Below, in pieces: positions 18,218-28,663 of a stretch of 64,000 nt of DNA (positions are counted from its first letter, which is position 1; every line of letters begins with the position of its first letter). The DNA comes from a virus (taxonomy: Duplodnaviria; Caudoviricetes). The DNA lies in the IMG/VR virus record IMGVR_UViG_2597490202_000002, positions 1-64,000 of that record. The stretch is one strand, 5' to 3'. The notes below the pieces were generated by a model. That model made no database searches. It saw only the letters and a program-made list of their open reading frames with translations, and had not been told where the DNA came from. The translations under genes were made by a program, and so were the position numbers.

Positions 18218-18670
18218 ATGACGAAGAAAGACGAGGTTAAATCCACGTCTAAAGGTCGTGGGTTAACACCTAAGCAAGAAAAATTCTGCCAGCTTTATAT
18301 TGAGCTTGGCAATGCGAGTGAGGCTTATCGGCAGGCTTACGATTGTTCAAAAATGAGTAATGAAACAATCAATACGAAAGCTAAAGAACTACTGAAGAAC
18401 GGTCCGATTACGGTCCGATTGGATGAGTTAAGAAGTTCTCATCAACAACGTCATAACATTACCGTTGATAACTTGTTAGGCAAGCTAGAGCGTATCTATA
18501 ACGAGGCGATGGAGCGTGATACCCCTCAATTCTCATCTGCGGTAAATGCAGTAATGGGACAAGCTAAACTTTTAGGCTTTGACAAACAGGTTATCGATCA
18601 TACAAGCTCTGACGGCTCACTTCGCCCTACGGTTATTGAGTTGGTAGCACCAAATGAAAATACAGCTTAA
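18218..18670 (+). CDS. terS: Terminase small subunit
   Basis: LTPKQEKFCQLYI..NASEAYRQAY. Confidence 0.92.
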   Translation: MTKKDEVKSTSKGRGLTPKQEKFCQLYIELGNASEAYRQAYDCSKMSNETINTKAKELLKNGPITVRLDELRSSHQQRHNITVDNLLGKLERIYNEAMERDTPQFSSAVNAVMGQAKLLGFDKQVIDHTSSDGSLRPTVIELVAPNENTA

Positions 18671-19871
18671 TCTTCCTCCTAAACTGATACCGGTGTTTAC
18701 ACAGCAGAATGTGCGTTATCGTGGTGCTTATGGTGGTCGTGGTTCGGCAAAAACACGCACTTTTGCCAAGATGACTGCGGTTGTTGCATATCAACGGGCA
18801 ATGCAAGGCGAAAGCGGTGTGATTTTGTGTGGTCGTGAGTTTATGAACTCGTTGGAAGATTCATCATTAGAAGAGATTAAGCAAGCCATTCAAAGTGAAC
18901 CGTGGTTAGCAAATTTTTTTGATGTTGGTGAGAAATATGTACGTACAAAGTGCGGTCGAGTTTCGTACATTTTTGCAGGATTGCGCCATAATCTTGACAG
19001 TATTAAATCAAAAGCACGGATTTTACTTGCGTGGATTGATGAAGCAGAAAGCGTGAGCGAAATGGCGTGGCGGAAACTTCTGCCTACGGTGCGTGAAAGC
19101 GGTTCGGAAATTTGGCTCACTTGGAACCCTGAAAAGAAAGGTTCGGCAACGGATTTACGCTTTAGACAGTATCAAGATGAAAGCATGGCGATTGTTGAGA
19201 TGAATTATAGCGATAATCCGTGGTTTCCTGATGTATTGGAGCAAGAACGTTTAAGAGATAAAGCCCGTTTAGATGATGCGACTTATCGTTGGATTTGGGA
19301 GGGGGATTATCTTGAAGAAAGCGAGGCTCAAGTCTTTAGAGGAAAATACCAAGAGCTTGAGTTTAAGCCTTTACCTGATTTTGAAGGTCCTTATCACGGG
19401 TTGGATTTCGGTTTTGCTCAAGACCCAACTGCCGCAGTTAAATGCTGGGTGTTTAAGGATGAATTGTATATTGAATATGAGGCTGGCAAAGTCGGGTTAG
19501 AGCTTGATGATACAGCGACATTTTTGCAGAAAGGTATTACGGGCATTGAGCAGTATGTAATACGCGCGGATTCAGCAAGACCTGAGTCTATTAGCTATTT
19601 AAAGCGACACGGCTTGCCTCGTATTGATGGCGTTTCAAAATGGAAAGGGAGTGTTGAAGATGGGATTGCTCATATTAAATCCTATAAGAAAATCTACATT
19701 CACCCACGCTGTCAGCAAACCTTGAATGAATTTCGTTTGTATAGCTATAAAACAGATAGGCTAAGTGGTGATATTTTGCCTGTGGTTTTAGATGAAAATA
19801 ATCATTATATAGATGCTCTGCGATACGCTTTAGAGCCTTTAATGAAAGGTCGACAATCTTGGTTTGGGTGA
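18654..19871 (+). CDS. terL: Terminase large subunit (PBSX family)
   Basis: GGRGSAKT, WIDEA, GLDFG, HYIDALRYA. Confidence 0.95.
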   Translation: MKIQLNLPPKLIPVFTQQNVRYRGAYGGRGSAKTRTFAKMTAVVAYQRAMQGESGVILCGREFMNSLEDSSLEEIKQAIQSEPWLANFFDVGEKYVRTKCGRVSYIFAGLRHNLDSIKSKARILLAWIDEAESVSEMAWRKLLPTVRESGSEIWLTWNPEKKGSATDLRFRQYQDESMAIVEMNYSDNPWFPDVLEQERLRDKARLDDATYRWIWEGDYLEESEAQVFRGKYQELEFKPLPDFEGPYHGLDFGFAQDPTAAVKCWVFKDELYIEYEAGKVGLELDDTATFLQKGITGIEQYVIRADSARPESISYLKRHGLPRIDGVSKWKGSVEDGIAHIKSYKKIYIHPRCQQTLNEFRLYSYKTDRLSGDILPVVLDENNHYIDALRYALEPLMKGRQSWFG

Positions 19872-19876
19872 GTGAT

Positions 19877-21397
19877 ATGTTTGGATTTTTTACAAAAAAA
19901 ACGGAAGAACCTTTTGAAATAAAAGAAGCAGAAGACAGCTACCCAAATTTCCCAAAAGACAAAAAGGGTAGTGAATATCAACGACAACTACAAAAAATTG
20001 AGCAAGCCAACAATAACATTTTAGCTGGTGGTGATGCTCAAGATGGCGATGAAGAATCTCGGCTAAAAATGGCGTTAAGAGCTTCTGAAGTTGTGAGTAG
20101 CTCTGTTGTTGATTGGTTTGCTAGTCAATCCTTTATCGGTTTTCCATTGTGTGCGGTATTAAGTCAGCAATGGTTAATAAATAAAGCGTGTTTTGTACCA
20201 GCAAGAGACGCTACCAGAAACGGTTACGATATTGTTTCGATGAACGGGGACGATATTCCTGACGAAACAGTCAAGATCTTGCAAAGATATGACAAAAAAT
20301 TCCAAATTAAGAAAAATTGTGAGGAATTTGTAGGGCTTGGGCGTGTTTTTGGTGTGAGGATTGCACTTTTTGAAATTGATAGTGACGATCCTGAGTTTTA
20401 TGAAAAGCCGTTTAATTTAGATGGTGTGACTAAAGGTAGCTATAAAGGGATTTCACAAATCGATCCTAACTGGTGTATGCCTTACTTTGTGAGTGGCGAG
20501 TTAAATAATCCTGCTGCACGGAATTTCTATGAACCGACTTATTGGGTTATTAACGGCAAGAAGTATCACCGCTCGCATTTGCATATTTTCCGAAATGGAA
20601 AACTTCCCGATTTGCTCAAGCCTGTTTATATGTATGGTGGCTATCCCGTTCCACAGCTTATTATGAGCCGTGTGTATAGTGCAGAACGCACTACGGACGA
20701 ATCATTAAACTTGGTTACTTCAAAACGTACATCTGTTTGGCTTACGAATCTTGCTCGGTTTATGGCAAATGAAACGGAAGCGACAGAACGCCTAATGGCT
20801 TGGATTAAATATCGGGATAATAACGGTATTAAGCTGGGTGATAAAGAAGGCGATCAGTTTCAACAATTTGATACAACGCTATCAGGGCTTGATGATGTTA
20901 TTATGACTAACTATCAGGCGGTTTCAGGTGCTTCTAATGTGCCAGTTACAAAACTCTTAGGAACAGCGCCGAAAGGGTTTAGTACAGGCGAAAACGAGGA
21001 TAAGAACTACAATCAAGAGCTTGAGTCAATTCAAGAACACGATTTAACGGAATTTGTCGAGCGACACCATCAATTAGTGATGAAATCCAGTGGGCTTGAA
21101 GTGCTTGATTTGACAGTGAACTGGCGACCAACAGACAGTCCAACGGCTAAGGAATTGGCGGAAATTAACAAAACTAAGGCAGATACGTATAGTGCTTTAG
21201 TGATGTCTGGTGTTGTTGATGGCTCAGAAGTGAGAACGGTGTTAGTTAAAAACCCTGATTCTGGTTTTCACGATATTGGTAATGTTGATTCTGAAAACAA
21301 TCCTTTGGGGCTTTCTGATGATGAAATGCAAGCATTAAAAGAGTTAGGGGTAGATTTCAATGAAAGCAAAGACAGCGAAAGCAAAGAAGCTAATTGA
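19877..21397 (+). CDS. Portal protein (DUF1073 family)
   Basis: Position after terL; YHRS, PVTKLLG..P.G motifs. Confidence 0.85.
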   Translation: MFGFFTKKTEEPFEIKEAEDSYPNFPKDKKGSEYQRQLQKIEQANNNILAGGDAQDGDEESRLKMALRASEVVSSSVVDWFASQSFIGFPLCAVLSQQWLINKACFVPARDATRNGYDIVSMNGDDIPDETVKILQRYDKKFQIKKNCEEFVGLGRVFGVRIALFEIDSDDPEFYEKPFNLDGVTKGSYKGISQIDPNWCMPYFVSGELNNPAARNFYEPTYWVINGKKYHRSHLHIFRNGKLPDLLKPVYMYGGYPVPQLIMSRVYSAERTTDESLNLVTSKRTSVWLTNLARFMANETEATERLMAWIKYRDNNGIKLGDKEGDQFQQFDTTLSGLDDVIMTNYQAVSGASNVPVTKLLGTAPKGFSTGENEDKNYNQELESIQEHDLTEFVERHHQLVMKSSGLEVLDLTVNWRPTDSPTAKELAEINKTKADTYSALVMSGVVDGSEVRTVLVKNPDSGFHDIGNVDSENNPLGLSDDEMQALKELGVDFNESKDSESKEAN

Positions 21398-22226
21398 AGG
21401 TAAGCCCCTTATTGTAAGTGCAGGTATTTCAGAGAAGTATGCTCAAAGTGTCGTAAAAGCTCTTGCTGTAATGCACAAAGAAGCATTAAAAGGGGTTGAA
21501 GAAATCTACGAAAAATACGGACACGCCTATGCAAGTGATTCCGCTGGACAAGATGGGCTACCGAAAGGTGGCTCTTTAATTTCTCAGCTCAGAATCTTTT
21601 TTAATGCGTTACTTAATAAGTACAACCCAATATTCAATTTGATTGCGAAGAAATCAACGGAAAAGATGGTTGAGCAAACCTTAAAGAATACGAAAAGCAC
21701 CTTAAATCTCAGTTTGAGAGAATTAGGGCAAGGGTTGGCGATTAAAAAAGATTATACGAGTGAGCGAGTGAAAGATATTGCACAAGCAGCCACAATGGAA
21801 GCGGTAAGTTTAATTAAAACGATTCCGCAAAAACATTTAGGCGATGTGCAAAAAGTCTTAATGCACTCTATTTCAAGTGATGGGAAAGGTTATGCCGAGT
21901 TAAAGCCTTTTTTGCAAAAATTGTATAAAGGTAATGCAAGAAAAGCTCACTTGGTGGCAATCGATCAGACTCGTAAAACTTACTTAAATATTCAAGCTGA
22001 GAATATGAAAAGTCTTGGCATCAAGAAATTTAAATGGGTTCATTCTGGTGGTGGTCGAGAGCCGAGAAAGCTACATCAAGAGCTAAATGGGAAAGTATTC
22101 TCGTTTGACGATCCACCATACATTGGCGATATGTACGGTCAGAAGGTATATGGGCTTCCAGGGCATTTACCGAATTGTGGTTGCTCTATGTCCGCAGTTT
22201 TCGATTTCGAGGTAGAAGATGATTAA
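21360..22226 (+). CDS. Minor head morphogenesis protein (MuF/gp7-like)
   Basis: IAxDQ-like motif, W.H..R..H, PG..PNC.C. Confidence 0.85.
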   Translation: MKAKTAKAKKLIEGKPLIVSAGISEKYAQSVVKALAVMHKEALKGVEEIYEKYGHAYASDSAGQDGLPKGGSLISQLRIFFNALLNKYNPIFNLIAKKSTEKMVEQTLKNTKSTLNLSLRELGQGLAIKKDYTSERVKDIAQAATMEAVSLIKTIPQKHLGDVQKVLMHSISSDGKGYAELKPFLQKLYKGNARKAHLVAIDQTRKTYLNIQAENMKSLGIKKFKWVHSGGGREPRKLHQELNGKVFSFDDPPYIGDMYGQKVYGLPGHLPNCGCSMSAVFDFEVEDD

Positions 22227-22335
22227 AGTTACTAAATCACAAGCTCAAAGGATTGACAGGCTTTGTGCAAATGTTTTCGTCATGGATGATAAATGGATTG
22301 ATGCTTTATATCAAAGGGTGTGTAAATGGCAATAG
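22219..22335 (+). CDS. 38-aa ORF, probable remnant of a head-packaged protein
   Basis: RIDRL..MDDKWI leader resembles the N-terminus of the 27610 ORF. Confidence 0.35.
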   Translation: MIKVTKSQAQRIDRLCANVFVMDDKWIDALYQRVCKWQ

Positions 22336-23597
22336 CACAAGATAAAAAAGAAGTTGATACAAATGGTTGGTTCGAAGTGAAAGACAACCCCCTCAGCAAA
22401 GAGGGGGTTTTTCTTTATCGGGGCAATCAAATTATTTTGCCTGATGGCTCAAGAGCCTCAAATACAGATGATTTGATTCCCGTATATCGTCCAGCCGATG
22501 AACTTAGTAACCCTGAAGCAATAGACAGTTTTAAGCTCGTTCCTTGGGTGGATGAACATACTATGCTTGGGAGTGAAGAGTTGGGGCTTACGCCAGCAGA
22601 ACGCAAAGGGGTAAGTGGAGTGGTTGGAGAGGATGTTTATTTTAAAGATGGTGTTCTCTACGGAAACATTAAGGCGTTTTCAGAAAATCTCGCTCGTAAG
22701 ATCGAAAGCGGCAAAAAAGAGTTATCGCTTGGCTATCGTTGTAGCTATGAGCGAAGTTCTGGGGAATGGAATGGGCAGAAGTACGATTACATTCAACGGA
22801 ATTTACGAGGCAATCATTTAGCCCTTGTAGATAAAGGGCGAATGGGGGCAGAAGTGCGAGTTATGGACAGTCAAGAGACTGGCATTAGCTATGGCAATTT
22901 TATTTTTACTTGTGATTCATTGATGGAGAAAAACGAAATGAATTTAGAAGAACTTTTAAAGCAAGCGGTTGAAAAGTTTGGTGATTCTGCAACCGCATTG
23001 GCAGAAATTAAAAAATTACTGGATGAGCAAGGGCAAGATAATGAGGGAAATCAAGAGCCTCCAACGCCTCCTGCGACTGATGATGACGAAATGGGCGGTA
23101 ATCCAGATGATGAACCACCAGCACAAGACGATGATGAGGATAAATTAGACAAGCTCTTATCCTTAGTTGAAAGTCTTGTTTCTCGTGTGGAAGCGTTAGA
23201 GGGTAATTCGAAATCAGAAGATGAAGATGATAACCAAGAAGAGCCACAAGAGAAGCCTAAAGTTGGTGATGAAGAAGAGAAAGGTGCTCAGGCAATGGAT
23301 ATGGCGGAAGTGACACGACAAGTTACAAAACGCTTAAACGAGCGTGATTCGATGTACAAAAAAGTTTCTCTACATACAGGAGCTTTTGATGTATCTGCAA
23401 TGGATTCTGCTGAGGCAGTTGCAGCGTATGCGTGTAAGAAGTTAAACCTTAAAACAGCAAAAGGTTTAGAGGTTGCAACAATTACAGGTTATATGGCAAA
23501 TCGTGAGCCTGCAAACAAACAGCGTATTGTTTCAGGTCTGGATAAATCAGATGTAGTTAAGGGTAAAAACTTCTTAACTGGTCAAATCAATAAATAA
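22326..23597 (+). CDS. DUF2213 prohead protease/scaffold
   Basis: ELSLGY, YDYIQRNLRGNHLALV..GR.G; acidic linker. Confidence 0.85.
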   Translation: MAIAQDKKEVDTNGWFEVKDNPLSKEGVFLYRGNQIILPDGSRASNTDDLIPVYRPADELSNPEAIDSFKLVPWVDEHTMLGSEELGLTPAERKGVSGVVGEDVYFKDGVLYGNIKAFSENLARKIESGKKELSLGYRCSYERSSGEWNGQKYDYIQRNLRGNHLALVDKGRMGAEVRVMDSQETGISYGNFIFTCDSLMEKNEMNLEELLKQAVEKFGDSATALAEIKKLLDEQGQDNEGNQEPPTPPATDDDEMGGNPDDEPPAQDDDEDKLDKLLSLVESLVSRVEALEGNSKSEDEDDNQEEPQEKPKVGDEEEKGAQAMDMAEVTRQVTKRLNERDSMYKKVSLHTGAFDVSAMDSAEAVAAYACKKLNLKTAKGLEVATITGYMANREPANKQRIVSGLDKSDVVKGKNFLTGQINK

Positions 23598-23608
23598 GGT
23601 GGTAATTA

Positions 23609-24121
23609 ATGGCTTTTCAACAAAACGTAAACATTGAAATGGGTTTTGGTGTACCTGGCGACATTCACACAGACGGCCCAACACGAACAGAATCCTTGGT
23701 GGTTAATTCTGAAGGTGCTCAATTAAATCTTGTGGGTAGAGCGTTCACAAAAGATGCTAGCAAAAATGTAGCTAAAGTTGGTGGTGCGATTGAAAGTGGT
23801 CGAGTTTTTGCAGGTATCTTAGTGAACTCAAAGGCTTATGCTTTAACAGGATTATCTGGCAATCCATTAGCACCAACGCTAGCGGTGGCAGATAACACTC
23901 AAGCCGATTTCTTAACGATGGGCGATGTCGTTGTTCAGGTTTCTACGCCTTGCAAAATTGGTGATTTAGTTGCTTACGATACCACTACAGGCGAATTATC
24001 AACAGTTGCTGTTGGTGGTTCTGCTTCTGGTGGTAAAGCATTAATTCCTAATGCGACGGTTTATCGCTTCCCTGTAACCTCTGGAAGTGGCGGTTTAACC
24101 GTTATTCGTCTTACAAACTAA
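23609..24121 (+). CDS. Head decoration/cement protein
   Basis: Position between scaffold and capsid; MAFQ..G.PG N-terminus. Confidence 0.7.
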   Translation: MAFQQNVNIEMGFGVPGDIHTDGPTRTESLVVNSEGAQLNLVGRAFTKDASKNVAKVGGAIESGRVFAGILVNSKAYALTGLSGNPLAPTLAVADNTQADFLTMGDVVVQVSTPCKIGDLVAYDTTTGELSTVAVGGSASGGKALIPNATVYRFPVTSGSGGLTVIRLTN

Positions 24122-24185
24122 CAAATAAAAGGACAGAATAAATGACAAAAAAATCAACTCAACACGGTTTTATTTCTGGCCGTGC

Positions 24186-25154
24186 GACCCTATCCCAAAT
24201 TCTGTGTAAACACCCATTTCAACTTAATGGTGATCGTCTAGGCGATCACCAAAATCAATCATAAATCGATTCATCGCCAGTTTCCAGTTCTGAATCGGCA
24301 TTGTCCATTTTTTTGATGCATCTTTAATCGCAAGCCAAATCACTTTGAAAACTGAATCATCCGTCGGGAATACATTTCGTTTTTTAATCACGCGACGAAT
24401 CACGCTATTAAGCGATTCCACGGCATTCGTGGTATAAATCGCTTTACGAATGTCAGCCGGATAATCAAAAAATGTGGCAATATTTGCCCAGTTATCTTCC
24501 CAGCCTTTCGCCACAAGCGGGTATTTTGCCTGCCATTTTTGCGAAAGTGCGGTCAGATTTTCGCGAGCCTGTGCTTCCGTCGGGGCCTGATAAACCTGCT
24601 TTAAATCTGCGGTGACGGCTTTGTAATCTTTCCACGAAACGAATTTCAAGCTGTTACGCACTAAATGCACAATGCAAAGCTGAATCTTCGTTTTAGGATA
24701 GACTGCATTGATGGCTTCCAGGAAGCCTTTTAAACCGTCTACACAGGCAATAAAAATGTCTTTTAAGCCTCGATTTTGAAGCTCTGTCAGCACATTTGCC
24801 CAGAACTTCGCACCTTCATTTTCAGCAATCCAATCACGGTCACGAGGCGTCTCAATTTCTATCTCACCTTCATCACAAATGACGGTCTTAGATGTGTAAC
24901 CGTTACGTGCATTTTTACCTTTTCTAGGCTGATGTTTTTCATAACCAAGATGGTCGGTCAGTTCACCATTTAACGCAGCCTCGACGGTGATTTTCTTGAG
25001 CATCCGTGAAAATTGATTGAGGTCTTCCGGTGTTTTTAGATTTTTGGCAAATTCCGCTGCCAAGGCGTGAAGTTGTTTTCGTTCATAATAAAATACCTGT
25101 GTCTGAATGTATTATCTCAGAAACAGGTATTTACACAAATTGTGGGAGAGGCTC
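24186..25154 (-). mobile_element. IS256-family element, internally deleted (969 bp)
   Basis: About 29-bp imperfect terminal IRs; 8-bp TSD GGCCGTGC at 24178-24185 and 25155-25162. Confidence 0.92.
24224..25086 (-). pseudogene. IS256 transposase, defective
   Basis: RNGY, PRDR, DGLKG, QLC.VH, IYTTN.VE motifs. PRDR is fused directly to WIAENEG (deletion), and the ATG at 25086 is out of frame. Confidence 0.85.
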
Positions 25155-26315
25155 GGCCGTGCTTATGCTAAAGCATTACAAGAGCAACGTTCTGCAATCA
25201 CTATGGATGCGGCAGATGTTGCACAATATGCAGCATTAAAAAACATTGGTATTGGCTTTTCTGATGCATTTTTAAGCCAAGCAAATGTTGCTTATGGTAT
25301 GGACGATGTTCAGGGTGGGGTAACTGCTGGCTCGACAGGCTCTCCTATCCAGTTCTTGCAAGCATGGTTACCAAGTTTTGTGCATGTAGCAACCGCACCT
25401 CGTCAGATCGATATCTTGACTGGTATTTCTACAGTAGGCGAATGGCACGATGAAGAAGTGGTGCAACCGATTTTAGAAATGACCGGTAAGGCAGTTCCTT
25501 ATGGTGATACAACACCAGTGCCATTAGTAGGGTACAACCTTAACTATGAACGCCGTACAATTCAACGTTTTGAGGCAGGTTTTGCAGTAGGTTCTTTAGA
25601 ATCTGCTCGTGGTGCTGCTGCTCGTTTAGATGCGGCAAATACCAAACGTGCTTCTGCAATGTTGGCGTTAAATATCATTCGTAATGATGTCGGTTTCTAT
25701 GGTTACAATGATGGCAACTCTCGTACTTATGGTTTCTTAAACGATCCGTCTTTACCAGCATACAAAACAGTAGCTCAAGGTAAATCAGGTTCTACGAAAT
25801 GGAATCAGAAGACCTTTGAAGAAATCACAGGCGATCTTACAACCGCATTTACTCAATTAGTTGCCCAATCAAAAGGATTAATTGATGCAATCAACACGCC
25901 AACAACATTGGCTCTTCCTGCGGGTCATGAAGTCATTTTAAATACCGTCAATGCGTTCGGTATGAGCGTGAAAAAATGGCTCAAGGATAATTACCCTAAC
26001 TGCCGAACTGAAACCGCACCTCAATTAACTGGTGCAAATGGCGGCGTAGATTCATTCTACTTATACGCTGAAGAAATCGTAGGTGATACATCAGATGATG
26101 ATCGTCGTGTTTGGATTCAAGCTGTTCCAGCTCAATTTATGGCATTAGGTGTCGATCCGCAAGGGAAGCGTACCGTAGAGGACAACACAAATGCAACAGC
26201 TGGCGTAATGTGTAAACGTCCTTACGCAGTATATCGTGCATCAGGTATTTAACCTTAACCACTCAAGCCCAGTTAATTCTGGGCTTTAATTTTTAAAAAC
26301 GAGAGGAAACAACAA

Positions 26316-26681
26316 ATGAATTACGTTTACAGCACTTTGACTTGTGATAACGCATATACGGTCTATGAAAAAACAACAGGGGGCTTAACTATCCCTAAAA
26401 CCGAAGTGATTATTCACGGCGGAACAGGATTGGCAAATAAACATCTGATTACACCGCTTGGTACGGTTACAAAAGTAAGTGATGATGAACTTGCGATGTT
26501 AAAAACAAACCCAGTATTTATTGAACACGTTAAAAATGGCTTTCTAATCGTCCAAGAAGGCGGTAAAGCTGACGATGCGGAAAAAGTAGCAAGTGATATG
26601 GCGGTAGATACTGGTAGCGCACCACTAACAGAGCAAGATGCCGAAAATACGGGTGTAAAAAAAGCGAAAAAAGGTAAATAA
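26316..26681 (+). CDS. Phage head-associated hypothetical protein
   Basis: GAGG RBS; position after capsid. Confidence 0.75.
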   Translation: MNYVYSTLTCDNAYTVYEKTTGGLTIPKTEVIIHGGTGLANKHLITPLGTVTKVSDDELAMLKTNPVFIEHVKNGFLIVQEGGKADDAEKVASDMAVDTGSAPLTEQDAENTGVKKAKKGK

Positions 26682-26683
26682 AG

Positions 26684-27112
26684 ATGGATATTGCTACGTT
26701 CAGAAAAATGTTTCCTGCTTATTCTGATAGTCAAACTTTTAGCAATGAGATGATCGAAATGTGGCTGGACGTAGCAAATGTTCATCTCAAAAAAGGCTGG
26801 TCGTTAAGTGGTAAAACCTACGAACATGCCATTATGTTGATGTTGGCTCATCTTCTTCATAGTGTTGCGAAAACTTCAAGCGGTAATGCTGAATCAGGAC
26901 CTGCTGGAATTGTGACATCTGCGACAGAGGGGAGTGTTAGTGTTTCTTTTGCAACACCTACGACAAAAGATGCGTGGGAATTCTGGCTTGCATCATCGCC
27001 TTATGGATTGCAACTTTGGGCATTATTGCAACAGTTAGGAACTGGCGGTTTGTTTATTGGTGGTTTACCAGAGCGAAGTGCAGTTCGTAAGGTTGGCGGG
27101 GTGTTCTTATGA
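26684..27112 (+). CDS. DUF4054 head-tail adaptor
   Basis: FRKMFPAY, S.TEGSVSVS, SPYG..W.L. Confidence 0.85.
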   Translation: MDIATFRKMFPAYSDSQTFSNEMIEMWLDVANVHLKKGWSLSGKTYEHAIMLMLAHLLHSVAKTSSGNAESGPAGIVTSATEGSVSVSFATPTTKDAWEFWLASSPYGLQLWALLQQLGTGGLFIGGLPERSAVRKVGGVFL

Positions 27113-27609
27113 GTCGGGCGGATAAGTTTAGAAAGGCTTTGCAAGATAAGATCGACAAATTGAGTGCAGCCAACAACAAAGTCGCAAAAGTCGGTATTGT
27201 TGAACATCAACATTATGATGATAACACGCCAGTAGCTTATATTGCTTCAATTCATGAATATGGTTCTCCTAGCAATAACATCCCGCCACGTCCTTTTATG
27301 CGCCCAACAGTATCAGAGAAAAAAGGTGAGTGGGCGAAGATAGGTAAGCAAATTCTGCAAAATGGCGGTGATGTCGATAGTATGCTTGAAATGGTTGGTT
27401 TAAGGGCTTCGGCTGATATTGTTGAAAAAATAAGTAATATTGATGTTCCTCCACTGGCAATTTCTACCAAAAAAGCCCGTAATCGTAAGGCTCACCAACA
27501 AACTGCCAAATATAACAAAAAGCCGAAAGCGGTGTCTATCAAACCTCTTGTAGATACTAAAGTATTAATCAGCTCAATCTCCCATATCGTGACAGATAAG
27601 GGGGATTAA
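27109..27609 (+). CDS. Neck / tail completion protein (HK97 gp10-like)
   Basis: HEYG..IPPRPFMR, KPLVDT. Confidence 0.8.
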   Translation: MSRADKFRKALQDKIDKLSAANNKVAKVGIVEHQHYDDNTPVAYIASIHEYGSPSNNIPPRPFMRPTVSEKKGEWAKIGKQILQNGGDVDSMLEMVGLRASADIVEKISNIDVPPLAISTKKARNRKAHQQTAKYNKKPKAVSIKPLVDTKVLISSISHIVTDKGD

Positions 27610-28167
27610 ATGCATTTTAGTCAAACTAATATCAAACGGATTGAAAGGCTATTGCTTTTATGTGCTTGTGATAAAGATTGGGATGAAAGCAAACATCCTA
27701 GAGCTGAAAATGGTCAGTTTGGGAAAGGGGCTGGTTCAGCTAAGAAAAACTTGGATAAAGAGGCAACAAAAATACCTAGCGTGACGGGTAAAGAGTTAGG
27801 TAACGCAAAAGACATTAAAGATCTGAGAACACGAGCAAGGCTTTATGCAATAGAACATTTCTCCGGAAAGAAGTTTGTTAATTTAAGTACAGGTAATGAA
27901 ATTCAGGTCGGTGCTAGTGGTATAAAACATACTATATCGGGTGCAGCAGAGGATTTGATTAAAACGATCCCTGCCATACCTGAACTAATTGAAACAGCGA
28001 CTTTAATGCATAAAAAGCAAGATAAAAGAGGCGATCCTAATGTTTTATCGGTTGAGATTTATAAAGCTGAAATGAATGTTATGGGTAAAAATGCCAAAAT
28101 GATATTAACAATCAAGCATTATAAAGATGGACGTAGGTATTATGATCATGGTTATATGCGAGAATAG
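27610..28167 (+). CDS. Putative virion-carried protein: WDESKHPR leader plus LPD3-like (possibly BECR-related) domain
   Basis: WDESKHPR..GQF motif; N..TG..I.V...GIKH..IPELI..A..YYDH pattern. Confidence 0.6.
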   Translation: MHFSQTNIKRIERLLLLCACDKDWDESKHPRAENGQFGKGAGSAKKNLDKEATKIPSVTGKELGNAKDIKDLRTRARLYAIEHFSGKKFVNLSTGNEIQVGASGIKHTISGAAEDLIKTIPAIPELIETATLMHKKQDKRGDPNVLSVEIYKAEMNVMGKNAKMILTIKHYKDGRRYYDHGYMRE

Positions 28168-28238
28168 AAGCAACGTAATAATCCAGCACCTTACCGCGTT
28201 CAAGTGCGGTACCTCTTAAATTATCACGCTGCTTCATT
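28167..28238 (-). ncRNA. Structured ~70-nt RNA convergent with the 27610 gene
   Basis: TTGATT-N16-TATAAT at 28246-28273; 16-bp closing stem with two G-U pairs on the minus strand; inner hairpin. Confidence 0.6.
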
Positions 28239-28282
28239 GGTTAAAATTATAGCTCTAATGATTATTTAATCAAGGATTTTAT

Positions 28283-28663
28283 ATGAACCTAAGATCTATT
28301 GCCAACCAACATATCACCACGGTAAACCCCAATATTCAGGCAACACTAAAACTAAACACAGGATATGAAACAAGCGACACAGGAAAGCGAGTATCAAAGT
28401 TTGAAGAATTTCAGGTCAGCATTCAGGCTCAAAGTCTGAGTACGCAAGATTTATCTTTGTTTGATACGTTGGCACAACAAGGGCAAATGCTGAATGTGTA
28501 TGTTTCAGGGCAAATCCACGCGCTAAGACGCATTTCAAATCAAGGTGCGGATAAGCTTGTTTTTAAAGCATTTGGCGAAGAGAGCGAATCTGAATGGCTA
28601 ATTAAATCCGTTTCTGAGAGCTTTCCTAACTGGTGTAAGGTGGTGGTATGGCGGCAGACATAA
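28283..28663 (+). CDS. Head closure / neck protein
   Basis: Synteny; Q.Q.LS and W.KV motifs. Confidence 0.7.
   Translation: MNLRSIANQHITTVNPNIQATLKLNTGYETSDTGKRVSKFEEFQVSIQAQSLSTQDLSLFDTLAQQGQMLNVYVSGQIHALRRISNQGADKLVFKAFGEESESEWLIKSVSESFPNWCKVVVWRQT

Larger units (their letters stand above)
24142..26252 (+). pseudogene. Major capsid protein (DUF2184) interrupted by IS
   Basis: MTKKSTQHGFISGR | IS | AYAKALQ..; removing the IS plus one TSD restores the frame. Confidence 0.9.
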
